52,233 bases of DNA from a virus (lineage: Duplodnaviria > Caudoviricetes). The DNA is taken from positions 1 to 52,233 of IMG/VR virus record IMGVR_UViG_3300037151_000077; one strand, 5' to 3'. The translations under genes and the position numbers were made by a program. This document shows positions 26,527 through 36,724 of the stretch, piece after piece. A model generated the notes under the pieces. The model worked only from the letters and a program-made list of their open reading frames with translations, searched no databases and had not been told where the DNA came from. The stretch's first letter is position 1. Each line of letters begins with the position of its first letter.

Positions 26527-26925
26527 ATGGCAACCAAACTCAAGTCGAGCAACACGGTCAGCGCCACATACGTGATCAACCTGCGCACGACCGAAGCCAT
26601 GTTCAACATGAATGAGGCCCTTCTCGCGGCAACGCAAGACGTCTTCGCCGAGATCAAGGTCACGGCCGCGGAGCGATCGCCCGTGCTCGACAAGGAGACT
26701 TCGGAGAGGTATCCGGGCGAAAACCGGGATTCCATCACCGTCAGTGCCACCCAGGTGAAAAAAGGCGTGAAAGCGAAACTGGCTACCCATTCCGGCTATG
26801 GCGGATGGCTTGAAACCGGCACGGTGAAGATGGCCGCCAGGCCTTACATTTTTCCGGCTTTCGAGGAGCACATCGGCGAACTGCCCGACGCGGTGAAAGA
26901 GCGGCTCGAGGAACTAGACCAATGA
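26527..26925 (+). CDS. HK97 gp10-like neck protein
   Basis: YGGWLETGTVKMAARPYIFPAF. Confidence 0.85.
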   Translation: MATKLKSSNTVSATYVINLRTTEAMFNMNEALLAATQDVFAEIKVTAAERSPVLDKETSERYPGENRDSITVSATQVKKGVKAKLATHSGYGGWLETGTVKMAARPYIFPAFEEHIGELPDAVKERLEELDQ

Positions 26926-27170
26926 GCGATTCGCGATTTTACGTTCGACTCCCTTATGTCTGTCCCCAGAGTGGGATGGAACTTCTTTGGGAGAAATGGC
27001 CCGATCGCCCCGACAGCATGTGGCTTCGGCACCTTGGTCCTGCGAGCTGCTCTTTGTCGGGCAAGAAATTCTATGCGCCCGTACAGCAACTCACGGAAGT
27101 CCCGTTTGACTTCGAGAACTTCTTCCCCGCGCCGAAAGCGAGCAAACGCAAGGTGAAGCAACGTGGTTGA
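26922..27170 (+). CDS. Hypothetical protein
   Basis: Overlaps or is coupled to neighbours on both sides. Confidence 0.5.
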   Translation: MSDSRFYVRLPYVCPQSGMELLWEKWPDRPDSMWLRHLGPASCSLSGKKFYAPVQQLTEVPFDFENFFPAPKASKRKVKQRG

Positions 27171-27786
27171 TGCCGGGGTTCTGGTCCGCGAGTACTTGCT
27201 CGGCCAGGCGGAAGTGACGGCGCTATTCGGGACCAATGCCAATGGTTCGATTTATGTCGCCTATGATCTGCCGGAACATTTCAGCCCGACTCTTGGGCCG
27301 GCGATTCAGATGTTCCGCGCTGGCGGCCACTCGCACCCTGAAATCATGTCGCTGCTCGATGCGCGCGTGCAAATTCGCGCCTGGGCCGACGTCGAGGAAT
27401 ATACCGTGGCCTCGAAGCTCTACAGCGCGATCGCTGACGTCCTGCACGGACTGTGCGGCTATACGGTAGCGGACGGCACGATCGTTCGAGCAATCGAGGT
27501 CGACGGACCATTCGAGATGACCGATCCCGAGACCGGTTGGGTCGCTATGTACGCTTTTTATCAGGTCATGGCTCGACCAACCGCCGGCTCCAGTTTCGGA
27601 CCGTCAGGCAGTGGACCGCAGCCCTATGTCGGCGTCTGGTATCAGGGCGACGGCGCACCAACCGAGCTCCAGACCGACGGCGACTTCTATCTCAACCTCA
27701 CGACGGGCGATGTGTACTTACAGGTTTCCGGATCCTGGGGATCGCCGACCGGCAATATCGCGGGCGGGGAGTGGGGAACTTTCTAG
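27163..27786 (+). CDS. Tail terminator-like protein with C-terminal extension
   Basis: Position; RVQIRAWA...IADVLHG; extra GDFYLNLTTGDVY motif. Confidence 0.7.
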   Translation: MVDAGVLVREYLLGQAEVTALFGTNANGSIYVAYDLPEHFSPTLGPAIQMFRAGGHSHPEIMSLLDARVQIRAWADVEEYTVASKLYSAIADVLHGLCGYTVADGTIVRAIEVDGPFEMTDPETGWVAMYAFYQVMARPTAGSSFGPSGSGPQPYVGVWYQGDGAPTELQTDGDFYLNLTTGDVYLQVSGSWGSPTGNIAGGEWGTF

Positions 27787-27808
27787 TCTTTATTTTAATG
27801 AGTGCGAT

Positions 27809-30202
27809 ATGGCTGTGACGAATAAATTTAATCGCGGGCTGCAGGCCAATCTGCCCCTGTTCGGGGTCGATGGCAACTGGTACTTCTGTGAAGATACGGG
27901 GGCCCTGTTCTCGAGCGTAGGGACCACGCTGGTGCAGGTGTCCGCGAACCTTGCCGCTTACGCGACGCAAGCCCAAGTTGCCGCGGCCATTGCGGTTGAG
28001 ACTTCGCGGGCCGAAGCGGCGGAATCTGCGGCCATCACAATCGCAGAGAATTTTGCAAGCACCGCTGTAGGCGTCGAGGCCGCTCGCGCGGAGACCGCGG
28101 AAGCTCTTCTTCAGCCGCTGTCCGCCAAAGGCCAACCCAACGGATACGCCCCACTGAACGGCGCGGGGCAGATCCCATCATCCGCGCTGCCGGCAATTGC
28201 GATCAGCGAAACTTACGTGGTGTCTTCGCAAGCGGCCATGCTTGCTTTGGCAGCGGATGTGGGAGACATTGCCGTCCGCACCGATCTCAGCGAATCGTTC
28301 ATTCTGCAAAGCGAACCAGCCAGCACTCTGGCCAACTGGGTGCAGCTATTATTTCCGCCAGCGAACGTCCTATCCGTATTCGGACGCACGGGCGCGATCG
28401 GAGCACAGTCCGGCGATTACTCCGCGTTTTACGACGCGCTTGGTGCGGCTACTACGGCACAAAGCACCGCGGAAGCTTTTGCCACGAGCGCGGTCTCCAC
28501 CGAGACTTCGAGAGCCGAAACTGCTGAGGCCGCTGCGATCTCGACAGCGGAAACCTTTGCCACTGCGGCTGTGGCCACAGAGGTCACGAATCGCAACGCG
28601 GCGATCACAACCGCGGTCGGTACAGAAACCACCAGAGCTGAAGCAGCGGAAGCGTTGCTCGTTCCTAAGACCACGACGGTCAACGGCAACGCCCTGTCCG
28701 GCAACATCGCTATTTCCGCTACCCAGATTACGACAGGCACGCTGCCGCATGCCCAGCTCCCCGCGCTCGTGAGCGGCGACATTCCAAACAACGCGGCGAA
28801 TACAACTGGGACGGCAGCAGGGCTCACGGGCACGCCAAGCATCAGCATCACCAACCTCACGGTTACTGGCACGACTTCGTTCGCTGCTGGCTCGATTGCT
28901 TACGCGGCGCTGAGCGGCACGCCGTCGATTCCTACTTCGTTCGCTTGGAACGTAGAAGGCAACGCGACCGGAAATCTCACGCTTGCGAACGCCGGATACA
29001 CGAGCACCTTCAATCAGACGAGCGCGGTTGCATGGCTCTGGGCCAACACGACAGCGGGCACCGCGAGCACGGTTAATGCTTCACCCTTGCTTGAACTGGC
29101 GGCTAATTACTACACAGGATCGGCATCCGCACAGGATACTTGGACAATAGGGAGTTCGTTGGCAGCGGGCACTAACGGCGCAAGCACCTTAACCATTGCT
29201 CACACGGGAAGCACTGGAACGGCTGCTGTCAGTCTGGGGACGACAGGTGTATTGAGTCTGGGCACTCTTGTGGTGGGCGCAACGACTACGCCTTCAACAA
29301 TCTCAACCAGCGGCAACCATCTATATTTTACAGGTTCGTCGGGTTGGTATTTCAACACAGGTACCACCAGCGGGAACTTCAACATAGTGGCCGCAGCGGG
29401 ACACCCTATAAACTTCAGCGCAGACAGCAGTCTGATTGGGATAGGTGCTGGTTCAGGAACTATCAATACAGGCATCACCGCCACTGCCGCTGGCGTAATA
29501 GCGATAGGCAACGGCACAGCAGGCGATTACACGGGCAGCTTGCAGCTCGGAGCAATCTCTCAGGTCAACGGCACGGTTGCTACTAGCAGCACTTCTAACG
29601 CTTCTCCGCTGCGCTCGCTTTCAGCTAACTATTGGACTGGCAGTGCGTCGGCTACCGACACTTGGACAGTTCAGTCGTCCTTAACTGCCGGTACGAACGG
29701 CGCAAGCACTTTGACATTTGCGCACAGCGGAACAAGCGGCGGTCTTCTTGTCGCCTTCGCTGGTGGCGCGACCTTAGCGGTAGGCTCGACAAGCGTAGGG
29801 CTTGCTTGCACAGGCGGCATCTATGCTGGGTTTTATGCTTGCAGTAACGGTACTAACTACAAGATTGGATTAGTTCCTAGTGTTCCGGCGCTGCGTCTGG
29901 CATCTGATACTCCGATTACTATTTCAAGCACGGTTGACGAGACTGGTACGGTAGACACTCGCATTTCCCGCGCCGCTGCTGGCGTGGTCGCCATCGGAAC
30001 GACGGGAGCGGTTGGCGACGTCACAGGGGCCATATCGTTAACCAAGGTTCTCATGGTGGCCTCGTCCGCTGCTCCCACCAGTGCAGGCACAGCGGGCACC
30101 TTCGGGCAAATTATCGTATTCGGCGCCCTTCTCTACTTCTGCTCCGTCACCGGCGCGGCGGGATCAGCGACCTGGAACAAATTGAGCATGACCGCGGTCT
30201 AA
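27809..30202 (+). CDS. Ser/Thr/Gly/Ala-rich fibre protein
   Basis: ETSRAEAAE repeats, KGQPNGYAPL, VLSVFGRTGAI, duplicated distal module. Confidence 0.8.
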   Translation: MAVTNKFNRGLQANLPLFGVDGNWYFCEDTGALFSSVGTTLVQVSANLAAYATQAQVAAAIAVETSRAEAAESAAITIAENFASTAVGVEAARAETAEALLQPLSAKGQPNGYAPLNGAGQIPSSALPAIAISETYVVSSQAAMLALAADVGDIAVRTDLSESFILQSEPASTLANWVQLLFPPANVLSVFGRTGAIGAQSGDYSAFYDALGAATTAQSTAEAFATSAVSTETSRAETAEAAAISTAETFATAAVATEVTNRNAAITTAVGTETTRAEAAEALLVPKTTTVNGNALSGNIAISATQITTGTLPHAQLPALVSGDIPNNAANTTGTAAGLTGTPSISITNLTVTGTTSFAAGSIAYAALSGTPSIPTSFAWNVEGNATGNLTLANAGYTSTFNQTSAVAWLWANTTAGTASTVNASPLLELAANYYTGSASAQDTWTIGSSLAAGTNGASTLTIAHTGSTGTAAVSLGTTGVLSLGTLVVGATTTPSTISTSGNHLYFTGSSGWYFNTGTTSGNFNIVAAAGHPINFSADSSLIGIGAGSGTINTGITATAAGVIAIGNGTAGDYTGSLQLGAISQVNGTVATSSTSNASPLRSLSANYWTGSASATDTWTVQSSLTAGTNGASTLTFAHSGTSGGLLVAFAGGATLAVGSTSVGLACTGGIYAGFYACSNGTNYKIGLVPSVPALRLASDTPITISSTVDETGTVDTRISRAAAGVVAIGTTGAVGDVTGAISLTKVLMVASSAAPTSAGTAGTFGQIIVFGALLYFCSVTGAAGSATWNKLSMTAV

Positions 30203-30213
30203 AAGGAAAATTC

Positions 30214-30609
30214 ATGAGCATCACCTTAACCACCCCAGTAGCGTTCACCATCCCAGGCGTCACCGAAACTGACACCATCGGAGCGGCAACCAGTCTATTG
30301 CAGGACTTCCAAGGCATGACCTACACCGCCGTTTATAAGATCGGCACTGCGCTTGCAGGGAGTCCGCTCGCCCTGAATCAAGGCCCCGTGGCTTTGGCAA
30401 ACGGATACGTGCTCACGGTGATATTCAACCTCAGCACGGGCGTCTACACCTGGACATACGGACCTAACAGCGGTGGGGGCACCGTAAGCGGGGCAGCATT
30501 GACCGCTCTTCAAACGACATTTATAGCGAACAGAAACGCAATTGAGGCGGACGTTTCCGTAGCCGGCGGCCTCATGCCCGGAACACAAGTCAACTGGACC
30601 GCGCTGTAA
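30214..30609 (+). CDS. Hypothetical virion or fibre-associated protein
   Basis: AAGGA RBS; follows the fibre gene. Confidence 0.7.
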   Translation: MSITLTTPVAFTIPGVTETDTIGAATSLLQDFQGMTYTAVYKIGTALAGSPLALNQGPVALANGYVLTVIFNLSTGVYTWTYGPNSGGGTVSGAALTALQTTFIANRNAIEADVSVAGGLMPGTQVNWTAL

Positions 30610-30640
30610 AGAGATCAGCCACCCACAAATTCAGATCGTT

Positions 30641-30669
30641 GAAGGTCGGGATTTCTCCCGGCCTTTTTC
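30641..30669 (+). terminator. Intrinsic terminator
   Basis: AAGGTCGGGA-TTTC-TCCCGGCCTT followed by TTT. Confidence 0.7.
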
Positions 30670-30723
30670 ATTGCCCAAAAGTTTTCGTCATTCCCCTCGG
30701 GGAGAAAAAGGAGAACTACCGCT

Positions 30724-31284
30724 ATGCCCGCTCAACCTGATGTAACGCAAATCATCGCAGGCCCCGGACTGGTCTATATTGCCCCGTTGGGGACTGCGCT
30801 ACCCGCCATGACTGCTCCGCTCGTCTGGCCCGCCGGCTGGTTCGCCGTCGGCGATACCGAAGCGGGCATCGACGCCACCTACACGCCCCACATCACCCCG
30901 CAATATGTGGACGAACAAGCAGCTGCCGTTTTTGACATCCTCGACAAAGAGGAATACTCCGTCTCGATGCAGTTGGCCGAAGTCTCGCTCACGAACCTCA
31001 ACGTGGCCATCTCCGCCTCGAGCTATGTGCCGGGAGTAACTCCGGTGATCAGTGTCGGATCGCTGCCCTTGGTCTACTTCATGGTGGGCGTGGTCGGACC
31101 CTCGGTCGACACCTACACGAACCGCGTCATCATCATCCAGAAAGCGATCTCGATGGGCGCCGTTGCCGTCAAGATCACGCGCAAAAAGTATCAGACGTTT
31201 GCGGTGAAATTGGATGCCCGGCAACTTTCCGGCCAGCCCCTGTTCACGCAGACGGATATCGGAACCGGCTACGAAGCCAGCTAG
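30724..31284 (+). CDS. Major tail tube protein
   Basis: GPGLVYIAPLGTALP...GWFAVGDTEAGI; precedes chaperone and tape measure. Confidence 0.8.
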   Translation: MPAQPDVTQIIAGPGLVYIAPLGTALPAMTAPLVWPAGWFAVGDTEAGIDATYTPHITPQYVDEQAAAVFDILDKEEYSVSMQLAEVSLTNLNVAISASSYVPGVTPVISVGSLPLVYFMVGVVGPSVDTYTNRVIIIQKAISMGAVAVKITRKKYQTFAVKLDARQLSGQPLFTQTDIGTGYEAS

Positions 31285-31342
31285 TAGTCATTTCACAAAC
31301 CCACAACCCAAGCACGAAATCTAAGTACGGAAGGCGACCAGC

Positions 31343-31750
31343 ATGAAACCCCGCACCGAAGAAGAAATTCTTGCGCGCACTCCCTTGTCGGTGAAACTCG
31401 CCGACAAAGATTACGCGATCCCGCTCTTATCCGTCGGACCCCAGCGCGAGTGGCGAAAGAAACTATTCGCCGAACTCGTGCCCATTCTCGCAGCCTTCAA
31501 CTTCAACGCTGACGGCAAGAGTATGGCCGCGGGCCTGACCGCCGCCCTTCTCACTTTCCCAGAAAAACTCTGTGATCTGGTTTTTGCCTATGCGCCAGAT
31601 CTGCCGGAAGTCGAGATCCTCGCGAATGCCACGGAAGAGCAGGTCGCAACTGCCTTTTCGGCAATCTTTGCGGTCGCTTTCCCTTTCATCCCTCAGCTGG
31701 GGATGGTGACGACCATGCTGAGGGCGACGACGGCATCCTCGCCACAATAG
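31343..31750 (+). CDS. Tail assembly chaperone (G-like)
   Basis: Position; slippery site near the 3' end. Confidence 0.75.
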   Translation: MKPRTEEEILARTPLSVKLADKDYAIPLLSVGPQREWRKKLFAELVPILAAFNFNADGKSMAAGLTAALLTFPEKLCDLVFAYAPDLPEVEILANATEEQVATAFSAIFAVAFPFIPQLGMVTTMLRATTASSPQ

Positions 31751-32022
31751 GCGAGTTACACGAGCTTGCGCTCTCGGAGTGGCACCTTACTCCGCACCAG
31801 ATCAACTATGAGTGGACAGAAGAGCAGTTGGCTCTGATGTTCAAGAAGCGGCACCACCGCCTGACTCGCCTGGCGGAAGAAATCGAAGCGCGGCGCTCAG
31901 GCGATCCCGGCCGCGCACCATCCCATTCCCCGACACCGCGGCGCGTATCGAACGATGCGTTCTTCGCACGCATCGCGGAGATGCGCGCCAAAGGCGGAGC
32001 TTGCGAAGTTTCCAAGACCTAA
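31681..32022 (+). CDS. Tail assembly chaperone -1 frameshift extension (GT-like)
   Basis: -1 frame is open from TTTCCCTTTC (31678-31687) to TAA at 32022: ...LALSEWHLTPHQINYEWTEEQL... Confidence 0.7.
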   Translation, partial: PFHPSAGDGDDHAEGDDGILATIGELHELALSEWHLTPHQINYEWTEEQLALMFKKRHHRLTRLAEEIEARRSGDPGRAPSHSPTPRRVSNDAFFARIAEMRAKGGACEVSKT

Positions 32023-32031
32023 CGTGAATTT

Positions 32032-34647
32032 ATGGCCCAATCAGTAGGCGACGCAGTCCTAACGTTTCTCGGCGACACGACGAACCTCGACCAGGCCTTT
32101 GCCATAGTTGCGTCCGGAGCGGAAAAGTCGATGTCCGCGGCCGCAGACAGCGTGGGTCAGGTTAGCGATTCTCTTCACGACATCAGTTTCGAACTGGACG
32201 CCACGGCCTCCAATGCGGCCTATGCCGGCGGTGAGATCAAAGAGGCAATGAACAAGGCGGCGGTCGCGACGGGCGAGGCGCGCGGGGAAGCGATGCTGCT
32301 CGGCGAAGCCTTCGGCGTTCACCTACCACGCCACGTAACCTCATTTGTGGCCACACTTCCGGGCGTGGGCGAAGCACTCGAGGGCGCATTCGCGGCCACG
32401 GCGGTGCTGTTCCTCATCGACGCCCTGGTGAAAGGCTCTGAGAAACTTTCCCAGTGGGTTGCCAATACTTTTATCTTCACCCAGGCGATGAAGGATTCTG
32501 ACCAGTCCGTCAAGGATCAGAACAAGTCCCTGATCCTGCTCGCCGCGCAAATCGATCAAGACAAACAAGCCCTGTCTAATTTCGGCAAGACACAGGCGGA
32601 GATTAAGAGCGACAAGGTCGCGGCACTCACGGCGGCGATCAAAGACAACGAGGCTAAATTCGCGACGGCCAAGGTAGCGGCTGCTGCCTATGCCACGGCG
32701 GTGAAACTGTCGAAGCCGGAAGAAGCGGCGGAGCAGCTCGGGAAACTTAACGGCGTTCTCGGCTCTGTCGCCTCCGCCTTCGCCAAGGTCGCGGTCGAGG
32801 AGAAAAGCGTCTTCGATTCCATTAAAGCGTTCTTCACCGGCGGTAAAAACCCCGCGGAATTGGCGGCGGAAGCCCAAAAGGCCGGGATGGCGGCCCAAGT
32901 GGCAACAATACAGACCAGCCAAACGATCATCGACGAGAAGGTGAAGCTCGCGCTCGCCGTCAAAGAGCTAACCGTTCAGGAGATTGCGGATCAGGAAGCG
33001 GCCGCAAAAGAGTCGATCAGCAATTCGGAAACGGTCGGGATGGCCAGGATCCAAGTCTGGGCAGCCGACGCGAAGTACCAAGCCGCGTTCGCCAAGGACG
33101 CCGCTGCGGCAACGCTGAAAGTTGAACAAGAGCAGGCCGAAAAAGAATACCAGCTCAAGCTTCAGACGCTGCAAAAAGAGAAGGCCGCCGAGCAATCCGC
33201 TGCCACAGCCTACAGCAAGGTCAGCCACGACCCGCAAACCGACGAAGAATTAACCCTCAAGAAGGACGCAGCGCTAAAGGAAGAAGCGCTGGTCAAGTCG
33301 ACCAACGCGAAGATCGAGGCTCTGGACGCCGAGCACTACGCGAAAGAAAAACAGATCGCCACGGCGGGCGATGAGGCGATCCTTAAGTTGCACGCCGACG
33401 CCGCGGTCCTGGCGTCCGCTGTTGCTAAGGGCTTCTTCCCCAGTCTCCCGGCAGACACGCGGGATCTTCTCAGTATGGACGACGCCGCGAAAAAGCTTGG
33501 CGTCACCCTCTCGAAGAACCTGGAGAAGGGCGCCAATGAAGCTCGATCTGCCCTCGCCCTGCTCGACAAAGAATACAAGGGCGGTCAAATTTCGCTCCGC
33601 GATTATCAGCAGGCTCAGATGGGAGCGTTAGCGGCGCAGATTGCCTATGACAAAGAAATCGGGGTGGCACCCAAACTGATTGCGGCCGAGCAGCATGCCT
33701 ACGATCTGCTCAAGGCGAGTGTCGACAAGGTTTATGCATCAGAGAAGCAGGAAAAGACTTTCTGGGATGGGTTCTCGACCGAGTTTGCCAAGAAAGCGAA
33801 GAACGTAGGCGACGAAGCCCAGGCGATGGGGCAAATGATGGCGAACGCCGCGGCGCAGATGGATCAGGCCTTCGCATCCGCCATTATGGGAGCGCTCAAG
33901 AGCGGCCAAAGCATCGGCGCGGCTTTAGAGAAGGCGACTGCGGAAGTTCTGATCAACCTCGCCACGCAAGCCGGTGCGCACGCCCTGTATTGCACGGCGA
34001 TGGGCATCGCAGAATTGGCATTGGGCGTGACCTCGTCCTCGGCAGCGGAATGGTTTACGGCCGCGGCCGAGTTTGGCCTGGTCGCTGGAGCCGCCGGCGG
34101 AGCGGGGATAGCGATGAGCGGTGGGAGCGGTGGTGGCGGCTCCAAGGGAAATAACGTTTCTGGTTCCAGCAATCCTGGCGGAGTTGGTCAGTCGAGCTCC
34201 TCGGGCGGCGGAGTCAATCAAACCGGGACCGTCCCTAAGCTTGCAACGGGCGGAATCGTGTCGAACCGGACGATGTTCATGGCGGGAGATAGTCCGTCGG
34301 GCGGCGATGCCGAGGAAGCGATTGTGCCGCTCTCGGATCCATCGGCTTTGGCGAAGATCTCAAATGCACTCGCGATGCGTGCGCCCTCGGCGGCCATGAC
34401 GTCTTCCGCGGCGGCAGTGGCCTCGGCTTCGGCGCCGTCATCTGATGCAAACTCGGGCGGCGGAGCAGGCGACTCTTCCTCTGGAGGTGGTGGCGGAGAT
34501 ACTCATCTCCACCTCAACGTTAAAGGCGGCGTGCTCGATTCCGGTACTCTGAAAAAGACGATGACCAAATATCAGCGCATGCTGCAGCAGAACCGCGCTA
34601 ACTTCACTTCCTCGAATTCGCTCCGCGTCACGAAAAGGTCCCAATGA
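32032..34647 (+). CDS. Tape measure protein
   Basis: 871 aa, Ala-rich and helical; C-terminal KLATGGIV...MAGD...EEAIVPL motif. Confidence 0.9.
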   Translation: MAQSVGDAVLTFLGDTTNLDQAFAIVASGAEKSMSAAADSVGQVSDSLHDISFELDATASNAAYAGGEIKEAMNKAAVATGEARGEAMLLGEAFGVHLPRHVTSFVATLPGVGEALEGAFAATAVLFLIDALVKGSEKLSQWVANTFIFTQAMKDSDQSVKDQNKSLILLAAQIDQDKQALSNFGKTQAEIKSDKVAALTAAIKDNEAKFATAKVAAAAYATAVKLSKPEEAAEQLGKLNGVLGSVASAFAKVAVEEKSVFDSIKAFFTGGKNPAELAAEAQKAGMAAQVATIQTSQTIIDEKVKLALAVKELTVQEIADQEAAAKESISNSETVGMARIQVWAADAKYQAAFAKDAAAATLKVEQEQAEKEYQLKLQTLQKEKAAEQSAATAYSKVSHDPQTDEELTLKKDAALKEEALVKSTNAKIEALDAEHYAKEKQIATAGDEAILKLHADAAVLASAVAKGFFPSLPADTRDLLSMDDAAKKLGVTLSKNLEKGANEARSALALLDKEYKGGQISLRDYQQAQMGALAAQIAYDKEIGVAPKLIAAEQHAYDLLKASVDKVYASEKQEKTFWDGFSTEFAKKAKNVGDEAQAMGQMMANAAAQMDQAFASAIMGALKSGQSIGAALEKATAEVLINLATQAGAHALYCTAMGIAELALGVTSSSAAEWFTAAAEFGLVAGAAGGAGIAMSGGSGGGGSKGNNVSGSSNPGGVGQSSSSGGGVNQTGTVPKLATGGIVSNRTMFMAGDSPSGGDAEEAIVPLSDPSALAKISNALAMRAPSAAMTSSAAAVASASAPSSDANSGGGAGDSSSGGGGGDTHLHLNVKGGVLDSGTLKKTMTKYQRMLQQNRANFTSSNSLRVTKRSQ

Positions 34648-35054
34648 TTCAGGGCATGCTCATTTACAATACCGGATCGGGCGACGTAGAGTTCACGCCC
34701 ACCTACCCAGCACTCAAGAAACCATTCGGCGCTGGAGGACTGTCCGCCACACGCCACGACTCGATCGCCACTGCTGGAAATAAGCAGTCGGTTCTCGAAC
34801 GCATCGATACCTTGAACTCGCTGACGTTCCCGATCTGCCCGGAATCCGATATGCCGAGCTGGATCTTGTTCTTGAACTACGCGCTCGGTGGCGGGGTCTT
34901 CGCCTACCGGCCGAACGCGGCGGATAACACGGTTTGGTACGAGTACACGCTCGATTCGATGACTGCGCCTTTCAAGTTCGTGAGCTTTGGGGTGTTTGAG
35001 GTTGCTCTGCAGTGCCGGCTGTGGGTTGGGGCGACCGTGGTGTCAGGAAGCTAA
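34644..35054 (+). CDS. Putative distal tail protein
   Basis: Coupled to the tape measure stop; size and position. Confidence 0.6.
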   Translation: MIQGMLIYNTGSGDVEFTPTYPALKKPFGAGGLSATRHDSIATAGNKQSVLERIDTLNSLTFPICPESDMPSWILFLNYALGGGVFAYRPNAADNTVWYEYTLDSMTAPFKFVSFGVFEVALQCRLWVGATVVSGS

Positions 35055-35143
35055 GACCGGGTGTTTCAGGAGAGTTTAAATGGAAAAAAACTCTCTGTTC
35101 ACGCATCTCGCGTAACACCATGCCCGGCCCAGTGTAATTCTAG

Positions 35144-36529
35144 ATGATCTCCTCCACCTCCAATTTTCAAGCCGCGCTCGCCGCCTTCTCGAACGGCAAC
35201 ATCGTCGTCCAGGTGGTGATCGAAGGCTACTCGCGCGTCTTTACCGACTACCCCGACGGCATTGCCGGCCACTATCCGTGGATTGTTTCGGTCGACGACT
35301 TAGACCTGACCTTAAACGATCTCAGCGGAGGAGCCGACCAGCGCACTGGAGGCGTGACGGTGCAGGACGTGGCTGGATTCATCACCGGCGATTTTCCCGG
35401 TTTCGTGTTCGAGGGAAAGCAGATTCAGATCAACGTTGGCTTCCCAGGCCTGGCACAAATCGATTACGCGACCGTGTTCACCGGATTCATCGACACGGTG
35501 AGCTCCGCCAACGCCAACCTGGAATACTACATTCAGTTCTCCGACGTTCAGACCAAGCTCGCCGCGGTCATCTACCAGACGGGCGACGATGGCGGATCCA
35601 CCTCGTCGACCAACACGAAAACAGTAAGCGGGCATCCCCTGGCGATTCTGATGAACATCTGCCAGCAGCTCGGCGTTCCCTGCGACACCACGAAGATCAC
35701 GGCTTACATGAACGGACCGTTCGCCGGCACGATCTTCAGCTTCGAGCTGAACCAGGCGCCGGCCGCGGTCGACTTCATCAAAGCGCAACTGATGAAACCG
35801 CTCGGTGGCTACATGTGGGTCAACGCCGCGGGCCTGGTGACCGTCAATTTCTTTTATCCGCTCGCGGGGCCCGTCGCCGTGGGATCGTTCTCGCGCAATA
35901 ACTGGCTGGCCATCCCGGAGGCCGGCCAGACCGCCATGGTCAACACCGTGCAGATGCAGTTCGACCTCGATGACTCCAATGCCGACAGCTCCGGCAATTA
36001 CCTTTCTTCCGAAACCCTGAACTATGGGCCGAGTTATGCGCTCTACGGCAATCTCTCGAGCGAATCGACGATCAATGCAGATGGCGTCCGGAGCGCGTTT
36101 CAGGGCTTCTTCATTGCGGCGCTGACGAGCCGACTGATTTTCATGCGCTACGGCTTCAAGAATCTGACCTTCGACTCCGAGAGCTCCGGTGGATCGAACC
36201 CCGATTCCTTTTGGAACACGCTCCTCTACGAGCCTGGGGATATCGTCTCCGTGACGCATCCGCAGATCCCGGACCGCGCCGCCGGCGTGATGGGACTCAC
36301 CAACAAACTCTTCGAGATGCTGAATAAGACGATCAAGTTCAGCGAAGGCACGTTGGTGTACTCGATGATCGACGCCTCGTATCTCGAAGACTTCGGCGAC
36401 TACAAGATTGCACCGTTTGGCGAAGCCTACTACGCCGCGGCGAGCTCAGGCGATAAGACCGAGTACATGTTCTTCTGCAACGCCAGTGACCAATACTCGA
36501 ACGGCGATCCCGCGCATATTTTAGGCTAA
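35144..36529 (+). CDS. Putative tail tip/hub protein
   Basis: Position; C-terminal LYEPGDIVSVTHP motif. Confidence 0.7.
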   Translation: MISSTSNFQAALAAFSNGNIVVQVVIEGYSRVFTDYPDGIAGHYPWIVSVDDLDLTLNDLSGGADQRTGGVTVQDVAGFITGDFPGFVFEGKQIQINVGFPGLAQIDYATVFTGFIDTVSSANANLEYYIQFSDVQTKLAAVIYQTGDDGGSTSSTNTKTVSGHPLAILMNICQQLGVPCDTTKITAYMNGPFAGTIFSFELNQAPAAVDFIKAQLMKPLGGYMWVNAAGLVTVNFFYPLAGPVAVGSFSRNNWLAIPEAGQTAMVNTVQMQFDLDDSNADSSGNYLSSETLNYGPSYALYGNLSSESTINADGVRSAFQGFFIAALTSRLIFMRYGFKNLTFDSESSGGSNPDSFWNTLLYEPGDIVSVTHPQIPDRAAGVMGLTNKLFEMLNKTIKFSEGTLVYSMIDASYLEDFGDYKIAPFGEAYYAAASSGDKTEYMFFCNASDQYSNGDPAHILG

Positions 36530-36551
36530 AGGTTTAGGGGGTAAGACAAAT

Positions 36552-36722
36552 ATGAAACGCATTCCCGATGTAGGTCAGCTCTCGACGCTCGCGCTGATGG
36601 TTTACGGCGCACTGCCGGCGGCGGATCCGTTCCGCGCTCAAACCGCGGTGCAGGCCGCCCTCACCGTCTACGAGGAAGCCGAGAAGCAAGTGGAAGCGAT
36701 GGAGCAAAGTAATCGGCTTTAA
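36552..36722 (+). CDS. Small hypothetical protein (56 aa, not in ORF track)
   Basis: MKRIPDVGQLSTLALMVYGALPAADPFRAQTAVQAALTVYEEAEKQVEAMEQSNRL; fills the gap on the operon strand. Confidence 0.5.
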   Translation: MKRIPDVGQLSTLALMVYGALPAADPFRAQTAVQAALTVYEEAEKQVEAMEQSNRL

Positions 36723-36724
36723 AA

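Noticed and set aside
29043-29740. Possible DGR template/variable repeat
   Set aside because: Differences are not adenine-specific and there is no reverse transcriptase in the window.
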